A stretch of DNA of 63,141 bases, filler included, from Corallochytrium limacisporum Hawaii (Eukaryota; Protista; Pluriformea), in assembly GCA_002811645.1 (NCBI GenBank). It is 3 parts of 3 records of this genome, joined end to end, with 100 filler letters (N's around TTAATTAATTAA, not from the genome) between each part and the next. Parts side by side here need not be neighbours in the genome. Positions count along the whole stretch, not along the records: positions 43,340 to 63,141 come from PDIP01000176.1; 2 more parts are not named here. One strand, 5' to 3'. The first letter of the stretch is position 1, and each line of letters begins with the position of its first letter. The notes beneath the pieces were generated by a model, which searched no databases, had not been told where the DNA came from, and saw only the letters and a program-made list of their open reading frames with translations. Positions 46,305-57,056 of the stretch are shown here, piece by piece. The translations under genes were made by a program, and so were the position numbers.

Positions 46305-49300
46305 GTTTGATATATGTATGTTATGTATGTGAATATGGTCCCAAAATGTCGCTGTTTCTGAGTAAAGAAAAGTCGAGAATTATCTAAACGGTTCTTGACC
46401 TTGAGATTTGAAATACCAACACCAAAACAAAAACAAAAGAACATTATCTGATTACTTGCATGCCCAAGAGCGTGTTCCTGCAACTAATGAAAATTAAGCG
46501 GGACACCGAAATCTAAGAAGGAAATAGAAAAGACACGCGACTCTCACACAGCACCACCAAGTGCCGTGACGAACACTCTTTCCGTGTTCGTGACTCTCCG
46601 TTCGTACTGAGTGCAAAACAAACGGTGCACTGTGGGGCCCAGTACTGCACCAGTGCCACCCTCAGGCTCTCAGCAGACGTTGAGAAAAATTTTTCTTCTC
46701 CCCACACCGCTGTGGTCCGTCCTCCACCGCACTGTGTGGTAAAGCCCACAATTACTATCGATAGTAGTGATAGTCTGCCATTTATTCAAGTGCATTTAGT
46801 ATAGGTCCTTAGCGGAATGATTTATACACTACCTATCATGCTTGTGGGGTACAAATACGGACATATCGATGCGAATCAAGGAACACCCCCCTCCCCTAAA
46901 ACTGCAACTGCGTCAAGATCATACTTGTACTTTAAGTATAGAGACGTCTTCAAAACTCCAAATACGAACAATCAACTCTTTGTATTGCGGGTCGCACCCG
47001 TGGCCTTGATAAGATCTCTAGTCTTTCCAATCAGAAGGTCGTACATTCACTATTTAACACACCCTGAAAAGTCCAGAGATCTTTCCCAACCCCTGAGCCG
47101 CTACCGAGCAAATGATAGCTGGCGGCTGCCTGACTTGAACCCACGCCAGCCCGTTTTCTCCGCTATATGTGGGCCAATTAGTACTGAGAGCGTCTCCACC
47201 ACGTCGCGACTGTTTCATCGTGGAGAGCAAAGTTGAATGGCCCGAGTCCTTTTCGCACCGCACCAAGTGGTCGGGGACAGTTTGGTGTTGCGTTGCGCTG
47301 CAGTACTGAATATATAGATGATTTAATGTGTATGGAATTTCACCCCCTTTTCGCATTCTCATTGCTTCTCTGATTGGTCCCACATTTTTTGGGATGCGGG
47401 TCCATAATGTCTTGATCAACATGTGGCATTTATTGAAAATTTCTGCATATATTAAATATTAATCCACCTATAAAGTGAAGAAGCTATACCTATGTTATGA
47501 CAAGGAACGGAAACGTGACATATGGCACCAGCCGCGGTCCATCACCCCCGCAGAGTCAAAGTTTGAGGTAAAGGGAGCCCGAACAGAGAAAGTACTCGTA
47601 CTACTGCAGTACCGCAAATGGTTGACATGAATTCCCCTTTCCGAGGAACTGGAGCATCGCCACAAGACAAAAAGGAAGGAGTCAATTAGCTGGACGGGAG
47701 GGCTCGCTCGTTCTTTAGCTGGCTGTCCAGATGGCGGGTCAAGGAAGGGGAAGGTGGGGGTTGGGCAGGCGAGTTTCACGACCAAAAGAAGGACCGATGG
47801 TTGAAAGGTCCAGTGCATTCGTCACATGAAGCCCTTTTTGTCCACATTGTCGCCTAGTCCGATCGCCGCTGGTAATGCACCTTCCTAAGGGGTGGGCCTC
47901 CGGGAAAAGATCCCGAGGCTTGGGCCGATCATTGTGTATAGAATTTCCAAGGCGCAGGGTGATTTCATGGGAAAATTTTTTGCTCCCGTACCCCTCCGCT
48001 CCATTCTTTCGTAGTCAGACGGCCTCGGTCGCTCCCAGATCCGAATTTTTTGTGCCATATAATGAGTCCTGGAAAAGTGGTCGTTGTCATTTCCGGTACG
48101 TGGAAAAATTGACTCCCACCGTTGGTGCAGCTTCGAATTTCACTTTCCCCCGGCCAGAGGAGGGGAGTCAGTCCCATTGACAGTGCGGGTAGTGTTCGAT
48201 AATCCAGGGCCCCCTTGTCTATTCCACACGGCATTCGGTGTTCACATAGTGGATGCAAGGCGACGGGCCTTCTGCAGGACATGAAAACTGGACTCCCCAT
48301 TCATGGCCCCGAAAACCTCGGTCCATTCAGCACTCAACGCATCGAGTCTGAACCGCCCGGCGCTTCCCTGGTCGTTAAGTACTTTTCCTTGGTCCCTCCC
48401 TCGATGGTTGGAAACAGCCGGCCTACGTACTGTATGTACCACCGATCTCACCTTACCCTGACCCCACTCCGGGTGGTTGCTTCTACAGCAGAGAACACAA
48501 TCTCCCATGCTCCATCGCCCCTCCGGCGAGCATGTCTTTTTACCGAACGAGGTAATAATCGATTCACGGAATCTCTCTTGTGGTGTTCTCTGTACTCTGA
48601 GTAGAGACGTTTTATTAGAGAACGTGCCTGTTCGCTCCCCACTACTTTGTCTCCTTCGGTCCTCTGCACTGGCCCTCATTACTTTGCCTCACCTCACTCA
48701 ACCTTCCGGCAAAGGGAACCGAAGTTTTCGGGCCAAAACCACCGGCCCTCCCCCACCCCCCAATTCACGGGAGATGAGGTGCTCCATTTTGATAGCACCA
48801 CTGAGTGCCGTGGGTTGCTTTCTTTTTCTTGCGGTGTGTTCAGTTTTGGCCGCCTCGCTTTGACTTCCTCGTCTTCCTCGTTCGTCACTTTCAGAGCTCC
48901 TGGGCCCCGTACAAAATCAATTGGAAATCGATTGGCAATTTCCCTTTGCTGGGTGATTGTGCCCCTTGCGCGTCACACGGGCGTCAGGGAAGCAGCGGGC
49001 ATCGCCAGCAACGATTTAAAAAAAAAAACAAAAGAAGGAGTGAGGTTTAAAAAAAAAGGGCGGGTTGTTAAAAGCCGTAAAGAGGGGGTCGGGGGAGTGG
49101 GGGAGCGGGGGGGACCCTTCCAAAGAACACAAGACAAAAATTTCCCTCACTCGTCTCACTGTGTGATTCGAGGCCCCGGCCCTCCATTACTGCACCAGTA
49201 CAGTGGGCGAGACCTGGGGAACGAGACAATGGCAAAAGAAAAAGGAAAAAAAATGAAACGCTGGACGAAACAGGAGGAACCCAGGGGAAGAAGTTGAACG

Positions 49301-50312
49301 GGACTTGCCCACCATAAAAGGGAAGTCAATGCCCCTCCGTAACAACAGAAAGACGTAAAATAATGAGAGGTGAGTTGCACCAGGAGAGATATATTTTCCT
49401 ACAACCCGAGACACCCAAAAAAAATATGGTAAAACCGATACGGCGGAAATGGGGTAACGGGAACGGTAGAGGGCCAAAACGGTAGTACTAGAGCCATAGT
49501 GGTCGAGATCGCACAGATACAACAACGACTTTCTTGGTACGCTGCTGCGGCATAATGGAAAAAAATGGGGAGGTGCAGCAAACAAGCAAGTTTTTCACAG
49601 ATCCGAACGCGGGGGAGGGGTGGGTGGGTAGCGTTGGCAGAGAACTGCGGGCTTGAACCGACCGGCCGAGAACGCCTCCCCCCTCCCCGGGGCGGGTCGG
49701 GTTGGCTTCAGCTCCAGCACAGTTCTGCGCTGCTAGTCCCGCGCCTGGTGGCGCGCGGTTTCCGCACGCCGCCCCCTGGTATTAGCGCTTCGGGGAGGAA
49801 GGAAAGGTCTACGAGCATCCGCTCCACTTTCCATTTTATCTCCCTCGCCGTCGCTGTCAAGGGGTAAGGGCCAGCAGGGGTCGAAGGGTCTCAGTGTCCA
49901 TTATTGGGCACCCGCGGAGAACAAACCGCCAACAGCACCTGCGGGACCGTAGGGTCACTAATTTGGTCACTTTTTTTTGCTGTGTTGCCGTTGTTTTGGA
50001 CACAGAGCCGTGCACTTATGATGACATTCTCGTGTTGGTAAGCATAGTCGATTTTTGTCATGTGGCATGTATGGATTCGGTCGAGGCGAATCACTTGGGT
50101 ATTTCTACTGTCATTGGCCTGTGGTACAGTTTATGGCCACTTATGGTTCGGTTGTGGGCCTCTTCGTTCGGAAGGGCTGGCAGATAGGGCATAGAACAAC
50201 AGATATATGTATAGATGTATATTTAGAAGCAAAAAAGAGGCAGTCAAAGATGGTATGACAACGTCCACATATTGTGTAAATCCTTTGTAGTTTCGAATCT
50301 TCAATTAGAAGC

Positions 50313-53300
50313 ATGGGTTTCTTAATTGGCAAGGACGTCACGGCGAGGACTCTGGTTATCCAAGAGGACACAACTCGCCAAGAAGATGACTATGAAATTT
50401 TGTCCGACGCTGACCCGACCAAAATTTATACCATTGTCGAGCAGCTTGGCTCGGGAACGAAAGGAAAGGTGTACAAGGCACGACACAGTCGCACAAAGGA
50501 GGTGGTAGCTATCAAGATTCATCACCTGGCAGCAGAGAGCAATGTTGAGAGTTTGCGAGTGCATCCTCGTCACCCAAACATTATTGAATACACTGCTGCC
50601 TACCGCCACAAGGATGAACTCTGGCTCGTGATGGAGTTTATGGACGCCGGGTCGCTTGCGGACGTCATTGAGCGAAATGGTCCGCTATCAGAGGAATTTG
50701 TCGCCTTTGTGACTCAGCAGATACTGCGTGGCTTGACGCATGCACAGAGCCTGGGCATGTACCACCATAACATCAACGCACGGAACCTACTAGTGAATTC
50801 GGCAGGCGTAGTCAAACTTAGCGAACTCGGCCTCGCCACCCGGGTCACTCAGGAGCACCGAGAGATGGGTTTTCTCGGATCACCGCATTGGATGCCGCCG
50901 GAAGCTATGATCAGTCCCGAAGAATCACCGTACGAGGAAGGTGGCGAGTCTAGTTATGACATGTGGTCTTTGGGTATTTCTATGATTGAGCTCGCCGAGG
51001 GTGGACCGCCGCTAGTGGATGTACATCCGGTTCGTGTGGTACAGCTCGTGCCAACTCGTCCGTCGCCGTCGCTGAGGAATGCAGATAGGTACTCCGACGA
51101 GTTTAATCACATGATCAAGCTCTGTCTGGCCAAGAATTGGCGGAAGCGCATCCGTGCTCGGGATTTGCAAAGCCATCCGTTTGTTAGTCGCCCCGTAGTT
51201 ACATCTCCGAAACTCACAAATGAATTCAAGGCCTTCATCCGCGAGTTCCTGGCCAGCTGGCAGGGAGAGGGTAGACACAGACAGATTGGTGAAGACTTTG
51301 ACGGAGAAGAAGATGATGTAGATTTTGAGCATTTCGGTAAGGATGTCATCATTGATGCTAAGGCCAATGAGACCATGATGAAATTTATTGTCAATCGTCA
51401 GAGCTCCCTCATGGGATATAATGTGGATCAGTCAGACGTTTCCTCCATGACCGATCTAAGCCAAGACTCAAATATTTCGACAGTATCAGAAATGCTAGCG
51501 GGCCTATCGGTAAGCAAGCTGCAAGATCTTAACGTGAACAATCGCGCCTTGCGGGCGCTGGCTCGCAGTACACCGATCCGTGCACCCGGGTCAATTGGTC
51601 CGGGTGAAGAGGCACAGGGAGAGCAACAAAATGGACATACAGAAGGACCAAACGGGGAGCGTCGCTCATCGCCTATGATGACGTTGTCACGCACAAACTC
51701 GGCGCACTCGCTCATCAGTGCAGCTGATAACCTGTGGTCGGTGGACGCGGAAAATTGGGAGTCGGATGCTGTAAGTGTTGGAGGTTTCGACGCTATGTCA
51801 TTGGCATCGAACGTATCTGAGGTGTCCACAGTCAGTGGTGTGCCGCTGTTGGATTTCTTGGACGAAATGTACGCACAGGAGTTCCTGACGTTCAAGAACA
51901 TTGATCGTAACCTGCGTACTATTGACTTCCCAGAGCCCGTGCTCTGTGCAGAATACTTTGGGCCGAAGAGCTTGCTGATCGGGACAACTACTGGACTGTA
52001 CCTCGTGACCAAAGGCAATACTGAACCACGCAAGATAATTCGGCAAAAATCGTTCCACAAAATTCATGTTATGTACGACCTTGAGGCCTTCACGGCCCTG
52101 TGTGGTAAGAGCAGGAGCGTGCGCATTTACTACTTAAGCAAGTCCGAGCGCAAGGGATATGTGCTGGCCAAGAATCGATTTGCCAAGCGTACCAACCAAG
52201 TGATTCCGGGTACTCAGGGATGCCGGGACTTCACCGTCAATCGCATTGACGGTTTGCCCTACCTGGTCATGTGCTTCCCCGGGCAGATTGCGGTCTTTGT
52301 GTGGGCTCCAGCGCCATACAACCGCTTCATGAAGTACAAGCTTTACAATCTGCAGGAGGATCCTCTGATCGCGAATTTGGTAAACCCGGACAATCTACAG
52401 GTGGTATATGGTTCCGAGGCCGGGTTCTTCCGCATCGATGTGAGCACCAGTGGTGTATTTCAGTATGCCTTTAGTAACGGATTTCACAATTGTGTGCCAC
52501 GGGAAATCATTCCAGAGTCCGCCAAGGGCATTATGTTCGTGTTCGACAATTCATTTGTGTCCTTGGATGTCTTCGAAGAACCGGCCCGGGAGTTTGCGCT
52601 CCACGAAAAGGAGGACTGCCACAGTGTCGGTGTTGTCAACAAGCATCACGTTGTGGCCTGCGGCAAGCGAAGTATCGAGCTGCACTCCATCAGCACGGGG
52701 AAGTTAGCCGGTCGCTTGACTCTGGGCAAGGACAAGGCAACTCGGTTCCTCACATGCGGCAACAACACCATCGCCTTTACTCGCGTCGGCACCAGGAAGT
52801 CCACTGTCTATATTGTGCGAATGGAGGAGGTCGACATGAGCGACGAACGGGTGCGCAAGACGAAGCCTGGTGGTAAGGTCGCCATTGACACCGCCGAGTC
52901 CTTCGTCGTGCCGCCCAAGAGTCCCCGGTTGAGTTCTCCAAGGGGAAAGATGGCAGAGCCAACCAAGTCAGCCATGCGACCGAGCAGTACCAGCCCACGC
53001 GTATCTTCACCACTGGCTTCTCGGGATCCGTCGCCACTGCGCATTGGCCCGGTCCAGGCGGCGACCAACTTGGGCGTGAAAGAAAACACTCGGCGCAACA
53101 GGTCTCCCAGCCCGACCTGGGCGGAAAGTCCAACCGAAAACGCGGAGGACAATGCCGTCAACCTAGATCAGCTCAAGCAGGCCACCGCAGATGAGGAGTA
53201 CAAACCACCGGTGCTGCCAAGCGCCGATACGGACCTGCGTCGCAGCCGCGAGAATTTGGTCAGAGAGGCACTGGGACGGTCGCCGGCGTCGGTCGAGTAC

Positions 53301-54134
53301 GAAGCCACGGAAAATATGGCTCAGTCAATCAGACTGGACCAAGGCAGCAGATCTTCCAATTTGCTCGTCGGTGGTCAGATAGTCAGAGAAGGCGCCAGGT
53401 CACCCAGGCAGGATATCGGTGCGATGGTCCCCGGACAGGAGCCCACGTCCAAGCAGACAGATCAAAGCGCCCAGTCTAACGTTGCACACAACGACAGTGA
53501 TTCGTATGATTCGGAAGACGACGACCATCCGGACAACTGGTACACAAGAAGCACGAGTAATGCGTCGATCATTAGTGCCAACTCTAGTGGTCTATCTGAC
53601 GTTGATGATATTGATGGCAGTACCGGAGTTTCTCGCCGCGTGCAACCCGAGGACAACGACGAACCTAAGGACTTGCGACAGCGTTTGATGATGGGATTGG
53701 AAGCCCGCGAACGAGAACGCAAGCAGGAGAGGGCCGCGTCGAAGGAGAAGCGTGACAAGGAACGCAGGGAAGCCCGTGAGCGCAAGAAGGAGCTCGACAG
53801 ACAGCGCGCTGATCAAGTCAAGAAGGAGAGCATGGCTTCCGTGTTTGAGGCCACTGTTTCTGATCTGAAAATGACGGATGCAGCCGATGATCCGCGCAAG
53901 GCTACAACAGAGTCAAAGCGCCTTGAAAAGCGAGAACGTGAAGAACGTAAGCGCCGCAAGGAACTCGAGAAGCGACGCGCCAGGCGCCAGCAAGCCGCAA
54001 AGGAGGCCGACCCGACGGACAGTTCTCGTACCGACGCTTCTCAGAGCAAAGGAAAGGACGAGCAAACTGGACCGTCTGTAGGCCGTCGTCGGCGCAAGAT
54101 TATCCTGGACGAAGAGACCGGTGATCAAAAGTAA
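50313..54134 (+). CDS. Ste20/GCK (MAP4K-like) kinase-fold protein with CNH domain and charged coiled-coil tail; probable pseudokinase
   Basis: DPTKIY..VEQLGSG..GKVYKA, VAIK, ELWLVMEFMDAGSL, FLGSPHWMPPE, DMWSLGISMIELAEGGPP; CNH-like LLIGTTTGLY, VWAPAPYNRFMKYK, VVYGSEAGFFRID; HRD replaced by HHN and DFG by ELG. Confidence 0.9.
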   Translation: MGFLIGKDVTARTLVIQEDTTRQEDDYEILSDADPTKIYTIVEQLGSGTKGKVYKARHSRTKEVVAIKIHHLAAESNVESLRVHPRHPNIIEYTAAYRHKDELWLVMEFMDAGSLADVIERNGPLSEEFVAFVTQQILRGLTHAQSLGMYHHNINARNLLVNSAGVVKLSELGLATRVTQEHREMGFLGSPHWMPPEAMISPEESPYEEGGESSYDMWSLGISMIELAEGGPPLVDVHPVRVVQLVPTRPSPSLRNADRYSDEFNHMIKLCLAKNWRKRIRARDLQSHPFVSRPVVTSPKLTNEFKAFIREFLASWQGEGRHRQIGEDFDGEEDDVDFEHFGKDVIIDAKANETMMKFIVNRQSSLMGYNVDQSDVSSMTDLSQDSNISTVSEMLAGLSVSKLQDLNVNNRALRALARSTPIRAPGSIGPGEEAQGEQQNGHTEGPNGERRSSPMMTLSRTNSAHSLISAADNLWSVDAENWESDAVSVGGFDAMSLASNVSEVSTVSGVPLLDFLDEMYAQEFLTFKNIDRNLRTIDFPEPVLCAEYFGPKSLLIGTTTGLYLVTKGNTEPRKIIRQKSFHKIHVMYDLEAFTALCGKSRSVRIYYLSKSERKGYVLAKNRFAKRTNQVIPGTQGCRDFTVNRIDGLPYLVMCFPGQIAVFVWAPAPYNRFMKYKLYNLQEDPLIANLVNPDNLQVVYGSEAGFFRIDVSTSGVFQYAFSNGFHNCVPREIIPESAKGIMFVFDNSFVSLDVFEEPAREFALHEKEDCHSVGVVNKHHVVACGKRSIELHSISTGKLAGRLTLGKDKATRFLTCGNNTIAFTRVGTRKSTVYIVRMEEVDMSDERVRKTKPGGKVAIDTAESFVVPPKSPRLSSPRGKMAEPTKSAMRPSSTSPRVSSPLASRDPSPLRIGPVQAATNLGVKENTRRNRSPSPTWAESPTENAEDNAVNLDQLKQATADEEYKPPVLPSADTDLRRSRENLVREALGRSPASVEYEATENMAQSIRLDQGSRSSNLLVGGQIVREGARSPRQDIGAMVPGQEPTSKQTDQSAQSNVAHNDSDSYDSEDDDHPDNWYTRSTSNASIISANSSGLSDVDDIDGSTGVSRRVQPEDNDEPKDLRQRLMMGLEARERERKQERAASKEKRDKERREARERKKELDRQRADQVKKESMASVFEATVSDLKMTDAADDPRKATTESKRLEKREREERKRRKELEKRRARRQQAAKEADPTDSSRTDASQSKGKDEQTGPSVGRRRRKIILDEETGDQK

Positions 54135-54222
54135 GAAAGATATATATTTGAAAGCACCTACAAAAGTCAATGTGTTCTTGGATGTTGAGAGAACCTTGCA
54201 AGGAGTTGAGAATGTACATTGT

Positions 54223-54228
54223 AATAAA
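54223..54228 (+). terminator. Putative polyadenylation signal AATAAA
   Basis: 89 nt after the kinase stop, in a 129-nt convergent intergenic gap. Confidence 0.5.
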
Positions 54229-54263
54229 AGGATGTGAATGGAAAATGTGACGTCCCTTAAACT

Positions 54264-57056
54264 TCACGTAGGGGTACGTTCAGGTGTGGCAATGGGCGTG
54301 AACGGGATGAAGGTAACACCAGAGTCCTTATCATCGTACGACCGCTTCATGCGGTAGTCCGAAATATCAAAGTGTCCCGCAAAGCTCCAATTGTAAGCTG
54401 CAAACTTGATCCGCTCGCTGATTTCCTTAATGCTCATGAACACGGGAAGGGGGCTGTTACTGTCGCTGTTGTCGTCCTTAGACGACACAGATGGCTCGTT
54501 CAGACTCCATTGCGGGGACGTCGGGGCGTCATTCCCTGTCCAGTTTGGTGACGCGGCCATCGATGAAGAAGAGGACATCCTAGACAGACTGTGCATTGTG
54601 TGCATAAGCTGCTGCTTGTTCATGTTCTCCAGCAAAAAGGTCACGACTTGTTCTCCGGTCCCACCAAAATCCTGCCAGTAGTAGTCCAAAACTCGCGGCA
54701 GCACCAGTGACCGGCCATCCGAGCTAATCCTAACCTCGTGCCCAATGTACATCTCTGTGGCAAGGTGAAGCTGCTGATCCAGGACATCCTCATGAAAGGC
54801 CATAATAAAGCTTGGTGAGCTCTGGCTACCATTGTTGAGCACGAAGGAAACACGAGGATCACTCTCCGCAAGAGCCAGTGACTTCCTCGGGTCGCTGGAA
54901 CGGAAACGCGGGAGAAAACTCTTCACCAGGAAATTGGTCCGTGGCATACTCATGGGTGCGCGGAGAATGCAGTGTTCGAGCTCAGACAACGTAAGTAGCA
55001 CACCGCCGACCTCGTAAGCAGCGTCAAAGAAGAATTGCTTCCTTTCCGTCAGGGATGACGGTGTACCTAGCACGAGGCAAGTGTGCATGGCTAGAATGTG
55101 GTAAATGTTGAGCCAGAAGGCGAGCAGCTGGAGTTGTGACAGTCCGCTTAGGTCCACAGCTTGCAGTTGTGCGGTTGCCCGAAATAGTTGCAGAAGATCT
55201 TGGTAGGCGGCTTCGAGAAACTTAGGGCTCAAAGGAGGCTCACGATATGGATGATGCGCATCGTAAACCATGAAATAGTCATAGATAGTACTCATCTGCA
55301 CCAACAGTTCCCTTGCCAGATCACCAGGTGGGGTGGATGATGGCCGAAGGCTCAAATTATACCGATTGAGGACAATGCGACCACCGTCCATGCGCTTGGT
55401 ATGCCGATTTTCGTCAAAGCTGCGTACTAGAGGCTCCCACCATGGTGCGACGTTTGCATTGTCGCTACGCAAAGCACTCTGCACCACGGCGATCGCTTTG
55501 TGCAGCGCACTGATCCACTGCGAAAGCTCCTCGATGCCCTCGACCTGAAGGTAGTGGATTTGCTCACACGTGGAGATGCAGAGGACGTTACCTATTGCTG
55601 TCAGGTAGTGAGATCGATCATCTTTATCCCTACCTTCTTCAGTATCTTCGGACCTTTGCTGATGTGCATCGACGCTTAAAATGTCCTTCAATGCAATTTC
55701 CACCGTCGGTCCGCGCGATATTGACGGATGCCAGAGAACGAGCCGGTCCTCGAAGAGTGTCGCCCACTCATCACGCCAGAATAGCCGCCACTGTGCGCGC
55801 CTCACAACGCCCTCACAGATGGTCTTTTCGACAGGAAAGTTCCGGGAAAACTGCCGCTTCTCTTTACTGAAAGGGATCTCGCGTATGGTGTGCTTCATGA
55901 CGCGTACCTTCAGCTCCGTGATACTCAGCGCTTCGTTGGACAGGAAATCCATGAAGAAGCGCTCGAGTTGGCGGCAGAAGGCCACGACATGTGCGGCGGA
56001 TGCACCGGAGCCTTCTTTGGACAGGCGCTGTGCCAGTACATGGTCGACTGGCCTGACCCTGCGCGCTGCTTGTACCCTGGGAAATTTCATGCGCTCTGCA
56101 ACGAGTGCGAAAAGCTTGTTCAGGTTGGTCAAGGACGGGCGGATAGTCACGTAGGTGTACTCCAATGGACCATCATCAGAGGTGGTCACAGTTCCTGCTA
56201 TAGTGAAACTATTGGTCTGCGCCTCCATATCCATTGACTGCTCCTTGTCCATGTCATGCTTGTCTAAATTGATTCTTCCCTTACTGATCGAGGTCCTGTT
56301 CACTTCATACTGATGACGCAACCGCTCAGCACTCTCTTCGGTGAGATACTTGAGCACAATCACAAAGTACGCGTCAATCGCAGCTCCCACAAGGCCGTCG
56401 AAGAGATTGACAACCTTGACTCCAACGGGCCGGCGGGAAAGAAACATCAAGTCCTCTGGGATGACCTCCGTCCTCTGCAAGATGGATCCTGGCCCGGTAT
56501 ACCGCTGTGATGTTTGCTCTGTCTGCATACTCCCAGGTGCTCCCCCCACAAGATTGCCCACACTGCTCCGTATACCCAATTTACTAAGTGTGGAAACCTG
56601 TTCGACTAAAGTATCCGACAGGCGCGGTGGTTGGGATCCCTCGTCACTTTGCTCCGAGTCGGCAGTGTAAACGCTCCATGAGTCCGAATATTCCTCAGTC
56701 AATGTTTCCTCAATGACTGTTGCTTCTGCTAGTGGTTCCCTCGTCTGTGCCGCCACGGTAGGTGCAGTTTCCGGATCGGTATGCTGTTGTGTCTCACTGA
56801 ACGAAGGTTCCAGCCCTTCATCGTTCGTGAGTTCTACGGTTTTGGCATCTAGTGGCATGCCCGTGGTGTCTAAACTGTCTTGAGAAGTCAATAGTGATGT
56901 TGTCGCCTGTGATGCAGCGGGTGAACTTGGGTGTAGGCTAGGAGGGCTCTGGCTGCGACCTTGAGAGCCGGTCGGAGTGCCTGCGGTCTCGAACCTATGG
57001 AGTTGAGAGAAACTGTGTGACTGCTGCTGTTGCTCCTGCCGAATGGCATCCCCCAT
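54264..57056 (-). CDS. PH domain + DUF547 protein with a possible PX-like domain and disordered N-terminus
   Basis: PH: ICEGVVRR...WRDEWATLFEDRLVLW...EELSQWISALHKAI; DUF547: LAFWLNIYH, YEVGGVLLTLSELEHCILR, DPRVSFVLNNGSQSSP, LPRVLDYYWQDFG; first ATG at 57056. Confidence 0.88.
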   Translation of the reverse strand: MGDAIRQEQQQQSHSFSQLHRFETAGTPTGSQGRSQSPPSLHPSSPAASQATTSLLTSQDSLDTTGMPLDAKTVELTNDEGLEPSFSETQQHTDPETAPTVAAQTREPLAEATVIEETLTEEYSDSWSVYTADSEQSDEGSQPPRLSDTLVEQVSTLSKLGIRSSVGNLVGGAPGSMQTEQTSQRYTGPGSILQRTEVIPEDLMFLSRRPVGVKVVNLFDGLVGAAIDAYFVIVLKYLTEESAERLRHQYEVNRTSISKGRINLDKHDMDKEQSMDMEAQTNSFTIAGTVTTSDDGPLEYTYVTIRPSLTNLNKLFALVAERMKFPRVQAARRVRPVDHVLAQRLSKEGSGASAAHVVAFCRQLERFFMDFLSNEALSITELKVRVMKHTIREIPFSKEKRQFSRNFPVEKTICEGVVRRAQWRLFWRDEWATLFEDRLVLWHPSISRGPTVEIALKDILSVDAHQQRSEDTEEGRDKDDRSHYLTAIGNVLCISTCEQIHYLQVEGIEELSQWISALHKAIAVVQSALRSDNANVAPWWEPLVRSFDENRHTKRMDGGRIVLNRYNLSLRPSSTPPGDLARELLVQMSTIYDYFMVYDAHHPYREPPLSPKFLEAAYQDLLQLFRATAQLQAVDLSGLSQLQLLAFWLNIYHILAMHTCLVLGTPSSLTERKQFFFDAAYEVGGVLLTLSELEHCILRAPMSMPRTNFLVKSFLPRFRSSDPRKSLALAESDPRVSFVLNNGSQSSPSFIMAFHEDVLDQQLHLATEMYIGHEVRISSDGRSLVLPRVLDYYWQDFGGTGEQVVTFLLENMNKQQLMHTMHSLSRMSSSSSMAASPNWTGNDAPTSPQWSLNEPSVSSKDDNSDSNSPLPVFMSIKEISERIKFAAYNWSFAGHFDISDYRMKRSYDDKDSGVTFIPFTPIATPERTPT

